A stretch of 40,000 nucleotides of DNA, taken from assembly GCF_002874775.1 (NCBI RefSeq), contig NZ_CP020991.1, positions 2,106,451-2,146,450 on the forward strand, written 5' to 3'. The stretch comes from Monoglobus pectinilyticus. Its GTDB lineage: Bacteria > Bacillota > Clostridia > Monoglobales > Monoglobaceae. The notes beneath the pieces are model-generated. The model made no database searches. It saw nothing but the letters and a program-made list of their open reading frames with translations, and was not told where the DNA came from. A program made the position numbers and the translations under genes. This document shows positions 24,111-32,963 of the stretch, piece after piece. Numbering within the stretch: the first letter of the stretch is position 1; each line of letters begins with the position of its first letter.

Positions 24111-25831
24111 TTACTAGCAACTATGATTTTGGAGATATAACAAATAGAATGTTGCAAAGAGTGCCGAGCAAAATTGATAAAAGACAAGGCTCATTGATTT
24201 ATAACGCTGTAGCCCCGGCAAGTTTGGAATTTGCAAAAATATATCTTATGTTACAAGCAATAGAAAAAGAAGCCTTTCCCGATACCGCAAGCATAGAATA
24301 TTTGAAGAGACATGCAAAAATAAAAAATTTATCTCTGAATGAAGCCACTTATGCCATTGTTAGGGGTGAATTTAACAAGAAAATACCTGAGGGAACACGA
24401 TTCAGCTTACAAGACAGCGAATTAAATTATATAGTAATGTCTGAAAGTCCCAAATGGGATGGGGACAATGCACGGTTATATTATTATTTGATGATGTGTG
24501 AAACAACCGGGAGTAAAGGCAATCAAACCGGAAACTTAATACCCATAACCGACATAGAAGGATTAACTGTTGCTAAAATTGTTGGCATTGCTACTTATGG
24601 TACAGACACAGAGACTACGGAAAAATTTAGGAACAGATATTTTGATACTATTTTAAACCCACCTTTTGGCGGCAACCGTGCTGACTACAAGAGATATATC
24701 AGGTCTATAAATGGTGTAGGAGCTTGCCGATTGATAAGAACGCCATCAGGCGGCGGTACTGTTGGCGTTATTATCTGCGACAGCGAATATAACGAGCCGT
24801 CTCACGAGTTGGTTGGCAGTGTGCAAACGTTAATTGACCCGGTTGTTAACAGCGGCAACGGTTTTGGAATGGCACCAATAGGACATAGAGTTACTGTATC
24901 AGCTGTAGAAACGGTTGGAATAGAGGTTATTTCCAAAATTGAGTATCAAGAGGGTTATACCTGGAACGATATAACTGAAAGTTATCAAAATACTATATCA
25001 GATTATTTTGCTGAATTAAACGAATCATGGGGAGATATAGACCCTGATAATATAGTCGTTAGAATGACACAAATAGAACAAAGAATTTTGAATTTGAATG
25101 GGGTTTTAGACGTTGTTGATATAAAATTATATCCTTATGGAGAGAACGCGACTACAAATAATTTTTCGGTGCCTGACGGCAAACTTGTCTCTAATTGCTC
25201 TACAGGTTGGGAGCCGTTGTCGTTAAATGCAGGGGTAGAAGCCAAAATATCAAAAGACCCATCAGGAAACGGAAATGCTGTTAAGTTTTTATGCGGCTCA
25301 GACGTATATGGAAACGGTTGGTCTTATGATATAGCTAGACTTCTTGATAAAAAGCCAACAGATTTCATAGAGGCAACGGGATATTTAACTGTCTCGTTTG
25401 AACTTTTTCAGCCTGAAAACAGTAGGGGATTAGGTAATTTCTATATTGATTTGAGCGGTAATAAAATCATTAAAAACAGCGACGGTGGAAACACATATAC
25501 ATACGGACGGTTAAGCGGTTATGAACCAAATACAACTGAAATAAAAATTATTGGCGGTAGTGCTAAGACGAGCGACGGTGTGGATAAGGTGCACATAGCA
25601 AATGAAAAAGTTTTGGGAAATTGGGTAACTGTAGAATTTAAAATTGATTTTACTACACGTCAGAATTTCACTTGTATATATAATAATAGAGAACATATTG
25701 TTACGGGATTCCCGTCAACTGTTGACCCGTCTTCATTATATCTTAATATACAGCTTTCTGACAATCCACAACATACCAATGATATAGAAACGTATATTAA
25801 AAATGTGTCTGCGGTATATATAACGGAGTAG
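24107..25831 (+). CDS. Baseplate J-like protein (XkdT-like) with about 220-aa C-terminal extension
   Basis: The N-terminal ~350 aa resembles Baseplate_J: QGSLIYNAVAPASLEFAK...NRADYKRYIRSINGVGACRL. The C-terminal part is beta-rich and lectin/CBM-like. Confidence 0.8.
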   Translation: MITSNYDFGDITNRMLQRVPSKIDKRQGSLIYNAVAPASLEFAKIYLMLQAIEKEAFPDTASIEYLKRHAKIKNLSLNEATYAIVRGEFNKKIPEGTRFSLQDSELNYIVMSESPKWDGDNARLYYYLMMCETTGSKGNQTGNLIPITDIEGLTVAKIVGIATYGTDTETTEKFRNRYFDTILNPPFGGNRADYKRYIRSINGVGACRLIRTPSGGGTVGVIICDSEYNEPSHELVGSVQTLIDPVVNSGNGFGMAPIGHRVTVSAVETVGIEVISKIEYQEGYTWNDITESYQNTISDYFAELNESWGDIDPDNIVVRMTQIEQRILNLNGVLDVVDIKLYPYGENATTNNFSVPDGKLVSNCSTGWEPLSLNAGVEAKISKDPSGNGNAVKFLCGSDVYGNGWSYDIARLLDKKPTDFIEATGYLTVSFELFQPENSRGLGNFYIDLSGNKIIKNSDGGNTYTYGRLSGYEPNTTEIKIIGGSAKTSDGVDKVHIANEKVLGNWVTVEFKIDFTTRQNFTCIYNNREHIVTGFPSTVDPSSLYLNIQLSDNPQHTNDIETYIKNVSAVYITE

Positions 25832-25839
25832 GTGAAAAT

Positions 25840-26388
25840 ATGGGGAAAATATACACATTAAAATATTTGCCTGAATTCTTTCATGACATAATTGATTTTG
25901 CCGAATTATGCAAAACGTATGACGTTGAATTTTTGCTTCTCGAAAAAGAAATTGAAAAGTTATTAAATAACTTTTTCTTTAATTTTTTAAATGAGCAAGG
26001 GTGTAAACGCTGGGAAGACATATTAAAAATATCTATGCGTGAAACTGATACGTTAGAAGACAGAAGATTTAGAATAAAGTCTATATATTTTGGAGATACG
26101 CCATACACGGAAATAACAATGCTGGAAAGATTAGAAATGCTTGTAGGCAAAGGAAATGTTACTGTTAGTATAGATGTAAAAAATTATAAAGTTACGGTCA
26201 GATTGTCATTGAGCAGAAAAAACCAATTAGCAGAAATTATAAAAATGATTGAAAAAATGGTGCCGCTTAATATGATTATAGATGTCAAGCTGTTATATAA
26301 CACCTATGAGACTTTAGGATTATATACGCATGATTATTTAGGTAGATTTACACATTATGCGCTGAAAGAAAATGTTTTGGGAGGTTAG
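25840..26388 (+). CDS. XkdU-like tail protein (DUF2313-type)
   Basis: YLPEFFHDIIDFAELCKTYDVEF...CKRWEDILKI...TLEDRRFRIKSIY matches the DUF2313 pattern. Confidence 0.65.
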   Translation: MGKIYTLKYLPEFFHDIIDFAELCKTYDVEFLLLEKEIEKLLNNFFFNFLNEQGCKRWEDILKISMRETDTLEDRRFRIKSIYFGDTPYTEITMLERLEMLVGKGNVTVSIDVKNYKVTVRLSLSRKNQLAEIIKMIEKMVPLNMIIDVKLLYNTYETLGLYTHDYLGRFTHYALKENVLGG

Positions 26389-26390
26389 AC

Positions 26391-27806
26391 ATGGCTACAA
26401 CTACAAAAATATACGGTTTAAAAAAACCGTCATTAACAGATGTTTATAACATTATGGATTTTAATAACAATTTTGATAAAATTGACACTGTTTTAAATAC
26501 AAAAACAGAAATAGAAGATATAGGGACACTGAACGGCACCGAAAGCGTATTTAATACACGAATAAGTCCAGGTTTTTATAAAGGAATATGGAATAATCAG
26601 TCCATGAAGCAAAAGGGAGATTTTACGCTTTTTGTTTTTGATGTCTCCTCTACTAATACGGCAGAAGATACAAAGGAAACAGTAGTAATGCAAGTTTTAT
26701 TTCATGAAAATCAAGTCTCGGTCCGTTTGGGTGTGTTAGGTGTTCCGGCGAATTGGGGTAATTTCTCTCCGATAGCAACAATGTCTAATATATCAAACAT
26801 AGAACAAAAGATAGGCAATTTATCAAATCTTACTACAACGGCTAAAACAAATATCGTTACAGCGATAAATGAGTTGATAACGTCAATATCAAAAAAAGCG
26901 GATAAAGTTACAAATAACGGATTTATAGCCGGAGGAGCGGAGGCCGGAAAACTCGGAAGTATATCAATAGGAAGTGGTATAGGCTCCACCGGAGAATATG
27001 GAATAGCAATTGGCGCAGGAGCAGAAGGGGCAAATGACAGTGTGGCGATTGGACATGGGTCAATTGCTTCCGGGATTGATTCCGTTGCAATAGGAGATGT
27101 AGCGGAAAGTTTGGCTCAAAATGCTGTGCAAATATGCGAAGGCAGTAACAGCGAAAGTGAAAGTCTGCAATTTAGAAAATATAAAATAGTTAGATATGAT
27201 ACCACAGACGATGAATATTATTTGAAAGATGTTGGCAGGTTGAGCCGATTATATACTACTAATCGGTCAAACATCGTTGAAGCAATTAATGAATTAGACA
27301 ATGAAGCGGAAAATAACACAACTGAATTACTATCAAAAATAACGGAACAAAATAATAGCTTGATAATGCTGATACAAATGCTTGCTAATACTGGGATTAA
27401 CATAGTTCCATTACTCGAAATGCTGGGTAACACTATTACCGTTATTTCTGATACTGTAACTCAAATATATCAATACTCTGACAATAATAATCCTGATAAT
27501 AAATTAAAAGGAATTGTTTATGCACCAAATCTTGAAACAGTTGAATCACGTTCGATAGACGATAATTCAGGCATGACAACAATAATCATGCCAAAAGTCA
27601 AGACAATTAAAAGTCAAGGCTTTTGGGCTAGTTATGGACTTAAAACGGTCTTTATACCTAATGCTTGTACATCTCTTGCCACTAACGCATTTTCTATGTG
27701 TGGAAATTTAACTAACATATATATTGATAATGTCGAAGGTACATTTGGAGATATAGCAGCAGATTCAAGTTTGCCTAATTTAAAAGTTACATATTTAAAA
27801 AAGTGA
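26391..27806 (+). CDS. Tail fibre: conserved fibre N-terminus, YadA-head-like Gly/Ala repeats, coiled coil, C-terminal BspA-type LRR tip
   Basis: N-terminal KIYGLKKPSLTDVYNIMDFNNNFDKID. Centre GSISIGSGIGSTGEYGIAIGAGAEGANDSVAIGHGSIASGIDSVAIGD. C-terminal IIMPKVKTIKSQGFWASYGLKTVFIPNACTSLATNAFSMCGNLTNIYI. Confidence 0.75.
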   Translation: MATTTKIYGLKKPSLTDVYNIMDFNNNFDKIDTVLNTKTEIEDIGTLNGTESVFNTRISPGFYKGIWNNQSMKQKGDFTLFVFDVSSTNTAEDTKETVVMQVLFHENQVSVRLGVLGVPANWGNFSPIATMSNISNIEQKIGNLSNLTTTAKTNIVTAINELITSISKKADKVTNNGFIAGGAEAGKLGSISIGSGIGSTGEYGIAIGAGAEGANDSVAIGHGSIASGIDSVAIGDVAESLAQNAVQICEGSNSESESLQFRKYKIVRYDTTDDEYYLKDVGRLSRLYTTNRSNIVEAINELDNEAENNTTELLSKITEQNNSLIMLIQMLANTGINIVPLLEMLGNTITVISDTVTQIYQYSDNNNPDNKLKGIVYAPNLETVESRSIDDNSGMTTIIMPKVKTIKSQGFWASYGLKTVFIPNACTSLATNAFSMCGNLTNIYIDNVEGTFGDIAADSSLPNLKVTYLKK

Positions 27807-27816
27807 GGTGTCTAAA

Positions 27817-28245
27817 ATGGAATACAGACTAATAAATGGTATTTGCCATATATGCAAATATAAAACGGTTGTAACAAATGAGAATGGTACAAAACTTGAA
27901 TTTTATCATTTGGACGAGGTTGAAACTAATCAGTCATTGGAACTACATCAGCAACTCAGCGACTTGCCAGCTGAGATTGTTCCTCTTGATGTATCAGACT
28001 GTATTTGGCTTGACGGTAAAGAGTTCTCGTTTGATACAGAAATTATTCAGGCTTATGAAATGGGGGAAACAGAATATATAAAATATCTTTTGGAAAAATC
28101 CCGTCTTAACAATGCAAATCTGCTTAATGAAATTAAAACATTGGGTCAGGCTCAGACTGATTTAGAGTTAGAATTAATCGAACAGGGACAATACATAACA
28201 GACCTCGAATTACAACTTTTGGGAGGGGGTGAAAGCAATGTATGA
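27817..28245 (+). CDS. XkdW-position protein / possible fibre assembly factor
   Basis: ATG 27817 lies 6 nt after GAGGTG. 142 aa with a C-terminal coiled coil. Positional call. Confidence 0.4.
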   Translation: MEYRLINGICHICKYKTVVTNENGTKLEFYHLDEVETNQSLELHQQLSDLPAEIVPLDVSDCIWLDGKEFSFDTEIIQAYEMGETEYIKYLLEKSRLNNANLLNEIKTLGQAQTDLELELIEQGQYITDLELQLLGGGESNV

Positions 28246-28366
28246 AAAGATTAAAAACAGATACGAAAAAGGATATGTAACCAATAGTCAGCTTATGCGT
28301 TATATATCACTCGGAGTATTGACGGAAAAGCAGGCAGAAAAAATTAAGGCGTTGGAGAATGAATAA
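28238..28366 (+). CDS. XkdX-family small protein (42 aa, below the ORF-track cutoff)
   Basis: MYEKIKNRYEKGYVTNSQLMRYISLGVLTEKQAEKIKALENE fits the XkdX pattern (Y..G..T..Q....V..G.IT...Y..I). Overlaps the previous gene by 8 nt. Confidence 0.65.
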   Translation: MYEKIKNRYEKGYVTNSQLMRYISLGVLTEKQAEKIKALENE

Positions 28367-28368
28367 TT

Positions 28369-30720
28369 ATGATAATTGATTATAAAGTTGATTCGCAAAT
28401 TTTACGCAGAACCAGCAGAAATTTAATAGTGGCGGACAGCATAAAATATTTGGCTGTCCGTTTTAATTTTTCTGATGAATGGAAAGGCACTAAAAAGACA
28501 GTTGTTTTTTTATATGATGGATATAGCTATAATGTTCTTTTGGATGAAAACGAAATAGCGATTGTGCCGCATGAAGTTATAAAAAGTCCTGGATTTAATT
28601 TATCTGCATATGGCACGAATAACGGAATGCGAATAACAACTAACACATGCAAAGTATCTGTTATAAAGAGTGGATATTGTGAGGGAGAAACACCACCTGA
28701 ACCAACACAAAACGTATATGAGCAAATATTAGATAGATTAGATAATAGCGGTGGAGGAACAGAAAAAAACGGAAAATCAGCTTATGAAATAGCCGTAGAG
28801 AATGGATTTAACGGAACTGAAAGTGAATGGTTAGAAAGCCTAAAAGGTCAGCCGGGCAAAGACGGAATAAACGGAGCAGACGGCAAAGACGGAGCAGATA
28901 TAACAGCTATAAATGATTCCGAAACCTCATCAGAGACCACGTGGAGCAGTGCGAAAATCACTACTGCTAATACGGAACTCCAAACACAAATTAATAATAC
29001 ATACAATCATCACCTGAATGATAGTAACAATATAGGCAATGAGGTATATAACGGAGCGGTTCTTACTATAGTTGACGATGATGGGTCTATAGAGTTTTTA
29101 AATAATTTTGTACCGATATATAAGGATAAGGGTGTTAGGTGCAGTTTTGCGGTAGTTGCTTGCAGAGCAGAAACACCAATAGGTACAACGACAAGCGGCG
29201 ACCCTTACGAGGCTTTAAGCTGGACACAAATAAAAGAACTTGTTCACGATGGATTTGATATGCAAAGTCACACATATAGTCATGATGTTAAAGTGTTTCG
29301 AACAGGCGAAAATTTAAACGAAGAACAACTTGAACATCAATTCGGTGACGCTGATAGATTGTTTCGAGAAAATGGACTTGATTATAACTGTATGGTATAT
29401 CCATGGGGTACGGCTCAAGCAATCAAAAAAAGGGTTGCAAAACGATACGCCAAATATGGAATGACGTTGATTAGTGGGGATACGGGACTAAATGATGAAA
29501 TAAATGAGCCTATGGCAATATCAAGATACACATTGCAGAGCGGTTCAACAAGTTTAGCAAGTGCTAAATCTCAAATTGACACAGCCATTGCCAATAAGCA
29601 ATGGCTTATATTATGCACTCACGCAAATGCAAATCAACCCAGTGCTGATACATTGGGATATATTATTGATTATGCCATAAGTAAAAAAATGCGTATAGAA
29701 ACGTTTTCTAAAGCCGCAAGGCTCAAGGCTCCGGTGTATTACGCAGGCGATGGCGACAATATGTTCCGGGTCATGCCAAATGGTGACACAAAATGCAAGC
29801 CTGACGATGATACTGTAAGATATATAGTGCAAAGGGCTACCGCATTAGGATTATTTGAGGACACGGAAGCAAGCATATCGGCAAGTTACGGAAAAACACA
29901 AAACATAGCAGGTGACACATTGGATAAGTCGCTTATAACAGTAACTGTGACGATGACAAGCGGGAAAGAAAACATTGTAACCGATTATGCTGTAGAAGAA
30001 ACGGATTTAACGTTGTCAGAGGGCGAAAATACGTATCATATAAAATATAAAGGACTTAGTTGCACATTAACAGTAACAGCGATAGCGGCGGCAGAAGCCG
30101 CAGAAATTACACAACAGCCGCAAGATGTAACAACAGAAGTTGGCGAAACTGCAAATATGTCAATAATAGCAAAAGGTACAGGCTTGACTTATAAATGGCA
30201 GTGGCTTGATGTGAGAGGCGACAACCCTGTTGGTACATGGACTAATTGTGCAGACGGCACATCAAGCATATTGCAATTTATAGCGGAACAATATCATAAT
30301 TTACGCAAATACAGATGTATCGTGACAAGCGGTATAGGAGAAACACTAACGTCAGATATTGCAACATTGCATATAGGAAGCAATTACAGCACATTAATAG
30401 AGCACACCTCTGAATCAGAAGCTATCGAACGAACATGGTACAGTATTCCTTTATCAGCCGGTGCGTATCGTTTTCGGGCAACAGTGGAGAAAGCCGAATA
30501 TGCTTGTACTTTTCAGCTTAAAACAGCAGTTAATAATGTAGATGATAAAAATGGCACGGTTATGTTTATCGCGCCAACAGGCACGTTTAACGCCGCAAGC
30601 GCAATATATACGTTTGAGGGTGATTTTACGTTAGAATCAGGCACGGAATACCTATTTTTGTACACAAAAGGAATTACTGCCGGGAAAACAATAACTATTG
30701 AATATTATAAAACTAATTAG
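28369..30720 (+). CDS. Large tail fibre/receptor-binding protein with collagen-like hinge, CE4 (NodB) polysaccharide deacetylase domain, Ig-like domain and C-terminal beta-sandwich
   Basis: KGQPGKDGINGADGKDGAD hinge. NodB motifs TIVDDDG, HTYSH, VYPWG, LILCTH. Ig-like ITQQPQDVTTEVGETANMSIIAKGTGLTYKWQW...YRCIVTS. Confidence 0.75.
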   Translation: MIIDYKVDSQILRRTSRNLIVADSIKYLAVRFNFSDEWKGTKKTVVFLYDGYSYNVLLDENEIAIVPHEVIKSPGFNLSAYGTNNGMRITTNTCKVSVIKSGYCEGETPPEPTQNVYEQILDRLDNSGGGTEKNGKSAYEIAVENGFNGTESEWLESLKGQPGKDGINGADGKDGADITAINDSETSSETTWSSAKITTANTELQTQINNTYNHHLNDSNNIGNEVYNGAVLTIVDDDGSIEFLNNFVPIYKDKGVRCSFAVVACRAETPIGTTTSGDPYEALSWTQIKELVHDGFDMQSHTYSHDVKVFRTGENLNEEQLEHQFGDADRLFRENGLDYNCMVYPWGTAQAIKKRVAKRYAKYGMTLISGDTGLNDEINEPMAISRYTLQSGSTSLASAKSQIDTAIANKQWLILCTHANANQPSADTLGYIIDYAISKKMRIETFSKAARLKAPVYYAGDGDNMFRVMPNGDTKCKPDDDTVRYIVQRATALGLFEDTEASISASYGKTQNIAGDTLDKSLITVTVTMTSGKENIVTDYAVEETDLTLSEGENTYHIKYKGLSCTLTVTAIAAAEAAEITQQPQDVTTEVGETANMSIIAKGTGLTYKWQWLDVRGDNPVGTWTNCADGTSSILQFIAEQYHNLRKYRCIVTSGIGETLTSDIATLHIGSNYSTLIEHTSESEAIERTWYSIPLSAGAYRFRATVEKAEYACTFQLKTAVNNVDDKNGTVMFIAPTGTFNAASAIYTFEGDFTLESGTEYLFLYTKGITAGKTITIEYYKTN

Positions 30721-30731
30721 GAGGGCAGAAC

Positions 30732-31013
30732 ATGGACGAAAATGAAGCGGCAATCAGAGAGCGGCTGACGGCGGTTGAATCCTCCGTTAAGTCTGCTCAC
30801 CACAGGATAGACAACATTGAGGAGCTGACCCAATCGGTTAAATCTTTGGCAGTTGAAACAAAATATCTAAAAGAAGATATTTCCGATGTTAAAGAAAAAA
30901 TAGACGTTATAGCCGGACGACCGTCACAGATTCTAACGGTTATAATTACAGCACTAATAACGGCGACTATAAGCGGATTTGTAGGGTTCGCAATTACAAA
31001 TTTATTAAAATAA
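30732..31013 (+). CDS. XhlA-like lysis accessory membrane protein
   Basis: N-terminal coiled coil (RLTAVESSVKSAHHRIDNIEE) plus a single C-terminal TM segment, directly before the holin, as in PBSX xhlA. Confidence 0.7.
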   Translation: MDENEAAIRERLTAVESSVKSAHHRIDNIEELTQSVKSLAVETKYLKEDISDVKEKIDVIAGRPSQILTVIITALITATISGFVGFAITNLLK

Positions 31014-31028
31014 AGGAGGTAAAAGAAC

Positions 31029-31277
31029 ATGAGTAATAACATAACAGCCGGAACAATAGCAAGAACCATAGTATTATTGCTGGCACTGGCAAATCAGGTA
31101 TTAGCGATGAGCGGTAAGCAGGTGCTTAATATAGCGGACGATGATATATATCAGATTGTCAGTATAATATTTACAGTTAGTGCGTCTGCTGTAGCGTGGT
31201 GGAAGAATAACAGTTTTTCGCAGGCGGCTATAAAAGCAGACGAATATAAAGAAAATATAAAAGAAAGGAATAATTAA
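31029..31277 (+). CDS. Holin (SPP1-family-like)
   Basis: 82 aa with two TM segments. AWWKNNSFSQAA motif and a charged C-terminus. Confidence 0.8.
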   Translation: MSNNITAGTIARTIVLLLALANQVLAMSGKQVLNIADDDIYQIVSIIFTVSASAVAWWKNNSFSQAAIKADEYKENIKERNN

Positions 31278-31278
31278 A

Positions 31279-32139
31279 ATGGCAAAGATATACATAGACC
31301 CAGGGCACAACCCAACCGGAAACGATACGGGAGCCGTAGGTTACGGACTAAAAGAACAAGACGTATCTGTGCAAATTGGAGTATTACTTAGAAATATGCT
31401 GATTAACAGCGGACAAACGGTAAAAATGAGCCGTGAAAATATAACTGATACGGTAGCGCATGAGTTAAACGCCAGTCTTGCAGGTAGGTACAACGCCGCC
31501 AATAGCTGGAACGCCGATATATTTGTCTCAATTCATTGCAATGCGGCAAATACAAAAGCGTATGGCTGTGAGACATATTACTGTACAGGCAGTACTCAGG
31601 GCAGGGCGTTAGCTGAGTGCGTACAGCCGCATATGGCCGCGGAGACGGAAAGGTATAACAGAGGTGTCAAATCCGCTAATTTTGCGGTTATAAGACACAC
31701 GAACATGCCTGCTATACTGGTAGAAACTGCATTTATAGACAATTATGACGATAACAGATTTTTAGCAAGTGAGGACGGAAAATATAAATGTGCGGTTGCG
31801 ATATATAAAGGTATATGCGACTATTTAGGAATAGAATATAAATTGGAAAGCGAGGACGAACTAATGAGCAGAGAATATGAAGAATTAAAGGCAGAAAACG
31901 ACCGTCAGAATGACATAATTAACCAAATGGGAACAGAACTTGAAGAATTGAGAAACACTGCAAAATCTGTAATTTATGATTACGTGGACGACAATATGCC
32001 GGAATGGGCTAGACCGACAATACAAAAGTTGGTTGACAAGGGATTTTTAAAAGGTGATGAAGAGGGCAAGCTGGGGCTTACTTATGACTTGATGAGAATG
32101 TTAATAATTAACGACCGCGCCGGGGTTTATGGGAAGTAA
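31279..32139 (+). CDS. Endolysin, N-acetylmuramoyl-L-alanine amidase (Amidase_3) with coiled coil and C-terminal wall-binding-like module
   Basis: YIDPGHNP, KEQD, FVSIHCNA and LVETAFIDN motifs. C-terminal VIYDYVDDNMPEWARPTIQKLVDKGFLKGDEEGKLGLTYDLMRML. Confidence 0.9.
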   Translation: MAKIYIDPGHNPTGNDTGAVGYGLKEQDVSVQIGVLLRNMLINSGQTVKMSRENITDTVAHELNASLAGRYNAANSWNADIFVSIHCNAANTKAYGCETYYCTGSTQGRALAECVQPHMAAETERYNRGVKSANFAVIRHTNMPAILVETAFIDNYDDNRFLASEDGKYKCAVAIYKGICDYLGIEYKLESEDELMSREYEELKAENDRQNDIINQMGTELEELRNTAKSVIYDYVDDNMPEWARPTIQKLVDKGFLKGDEEGKLGLTYDLMRMLIINDRAGVYGK

Positions 32140-32150
32140 TTAAACGAAAA

Positions 32151-32187
32151 ATAGGGCGAGGCTTTTAATAGCTCCGCCCTATTTTTC
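32151..32187 (+). terminator. Rho-independent terminator ending the late operon
   Basis: AATAGGGCGAGGC pairs with GCTCCGCCCTATT (imperfect), followed by TTTTT. Confidence 0.75.
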
Positions 32188-32222
32188 AATTAGATAAATA
32201 TTACCATAAAAAATTTAATTTT

Positions 32223-32384
32223 TTATTTATTACAAATTAATAATGTTTTGTAAACATTAAGCGAACCAACATAATATCCTTCACAATCATATACTTCCCC
32301 GAAACCGTTATGTTTTACTTTTATCGTTACTTCCTGTTCTTTGCCGAAAACTTTCATTGTTGTTTTAAATATTTTATTATACAT
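32223..32384 (-). CDS. 53-aa hypothetical protein (below the ORF-track cutoff), driven by promoter copy P1
   Basis: ATG at 32384, 8 nt after AAGGAG (32398-32393). MYNKIFKTTMKVFGKEQEVTIKVKHNGFGEVYDCEGYYVGSLNVYKTLLICNK. Confidence 0.5.
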   Translation of the reverse strand: MYNKIFKTTMKVFGKEQEVTIKVKHNGFGEVYDCEGYYVGSLNVYKTLLICNK

Positions 32385-32428
32385 TTCAATATCTCCTTAA
32401 GATTTATTTATTTCTTTATCTTACTTAT

Positions 32429-32457
32429 ATTATAGCACGCGATGCGTGCAATGTCAA
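32429..32457 (-). promoter_or_regulatory. Consensus sigma-A promoter P1 with a palindromic operator in the spacer
   Basis: On the minus strand: TTGACA (32457-32452), 17 nt, TATAAT (32434-32429). The spacer holds the perfect palindrome GCACGC-GAT-GCGTGC (32435-32449). Part of a 59-nt unit (32426-32484) repeated at 33094-33152 with 56/59 identity. Confidence 0.7.
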
Positions 32458-32503
32458 TGTTTTATTTTGAAAATATTGCACAAATTAAAGCTTCATTTTT
32501 TGT

Positions 32504-32692
32504 CTACTTTTTATCTTCGCTTTTGTATCTTAGTAACTTTTCAATTATTAAACGTTCGACATAGTCAGGAGGGGTTCTTTTCCCGAGCTCCCAATCTTGC
32601 CATGTGCGATGAGGAACGCCAATATATTTTTCAGCTTCTACTTGTGATAGCCCTACTTTTTTTCGGGTCTCCTTTATATTTATTATAATCAC
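32504..32692 (-). CDS. Small XRE-type HTH DNA-binding protein
   Basis: IKETRKKVGLSQVEAEKYIGVPHRTWQDWELGKRTPPDYV is a classic HTH_XRE layout. The start is uncertain: GTG 32692 overlaps the AGGAG SD, and the only downstream in-frame candidates are ATT/ATA. Confidence 0.7.
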   Translation of the reverse strand: MIIINIKETRKKVGLSQVEAEKYIGVPHRTWQDWELGKRTPPDYVERLIIEKLLRYKSEDKK

Positions 32693-32716
32693 TCCTTTTT
32701 GTCTTTTAATGAATTA

Positions 32717-32893
32717 TTATTTCTTATTTCTTAAAATTATTTCTATGATAGTAAATGTCAGTGTTATTGCTGACATAATTATAATAATATAGTCTATAAT
32801 TTTAATATTTTTAAAATTAGTATCAGAAATGAATAATATCATTAAAATAACAGTAAAAATACTTTGTAAATTGTTCTTTAAAAACTTGACCAT
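32717..32893 (-). CDS. Possible 58-aa two-TM membrane protein (weak call)
   Basis: MVKFLKNNLQSIFTVILMILFISDTNFKNIKIIDYIIIIMSAITLTFTIIEIILRNKK. No convincing SD. The sequence is AT-rich, so it could be a chance ORF. Confidence 0.3.
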   Translation of the reverse strand: MVKFLKNNLQSIFTVILMILFISDTNFKNIKIIDYIIIIMSAITLTFTIIEIILRNKK

Positions 32894-32914
32894 ATTGTTT
32901 TTGTGTGATAAAAT
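32886..32914 (+). promoter_or_regulatory. Plus-strand promoter pointing into (antisense to) the 33-aa peptide gene
   Basis: TTGACC (32886-32891), 17 nt, TGa-TAAAAT (extended -10, 32906-32914). No plus-strand ORF follows it. Confidence 0.5.
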
Positions 32915-32919
32915 TTAGT

Positions 32920-32952
32920 AAGGATGAGGGAGCCTTTAGCTCCCAAATCCTT
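32920..32952. terminator. Two-tier hairpin just downstream of the peptide gene (likely its terminator; also the 5' end of the putative antisense RNA)
   Basis: AAGGAT (32920-32925) pairs with ATCCTT (32947-32952). It encloses GGGAGC (32928-32933) paired with GCTCCC (32939-32944). TTTT follows on the plus strand; only a weak T-tract follows on the minus strand. Confidence 0.5.
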
Positions 32953-32963
32953 TTGAAAAAGTA

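Noticed and set aside
404-27816. Upstream alternative starts proposed by the ORF track (404, 2210, 3032, 9374, 11808, 17861, 18876, 19965, 27808)
   Set aside because: In each case the extended start overlaps the upstream gene or the SD itself, and an internal ATG/TTG has a properly spaced SD. For 19965, the TTG is the -35 box of a promoter.
32446-32688. 80-aa plus-strand ORF
   Set aside because: It overlaps promoter P1 and is antisense to the well-formed HTH gene. The translation is low-complexity and there is no SD.
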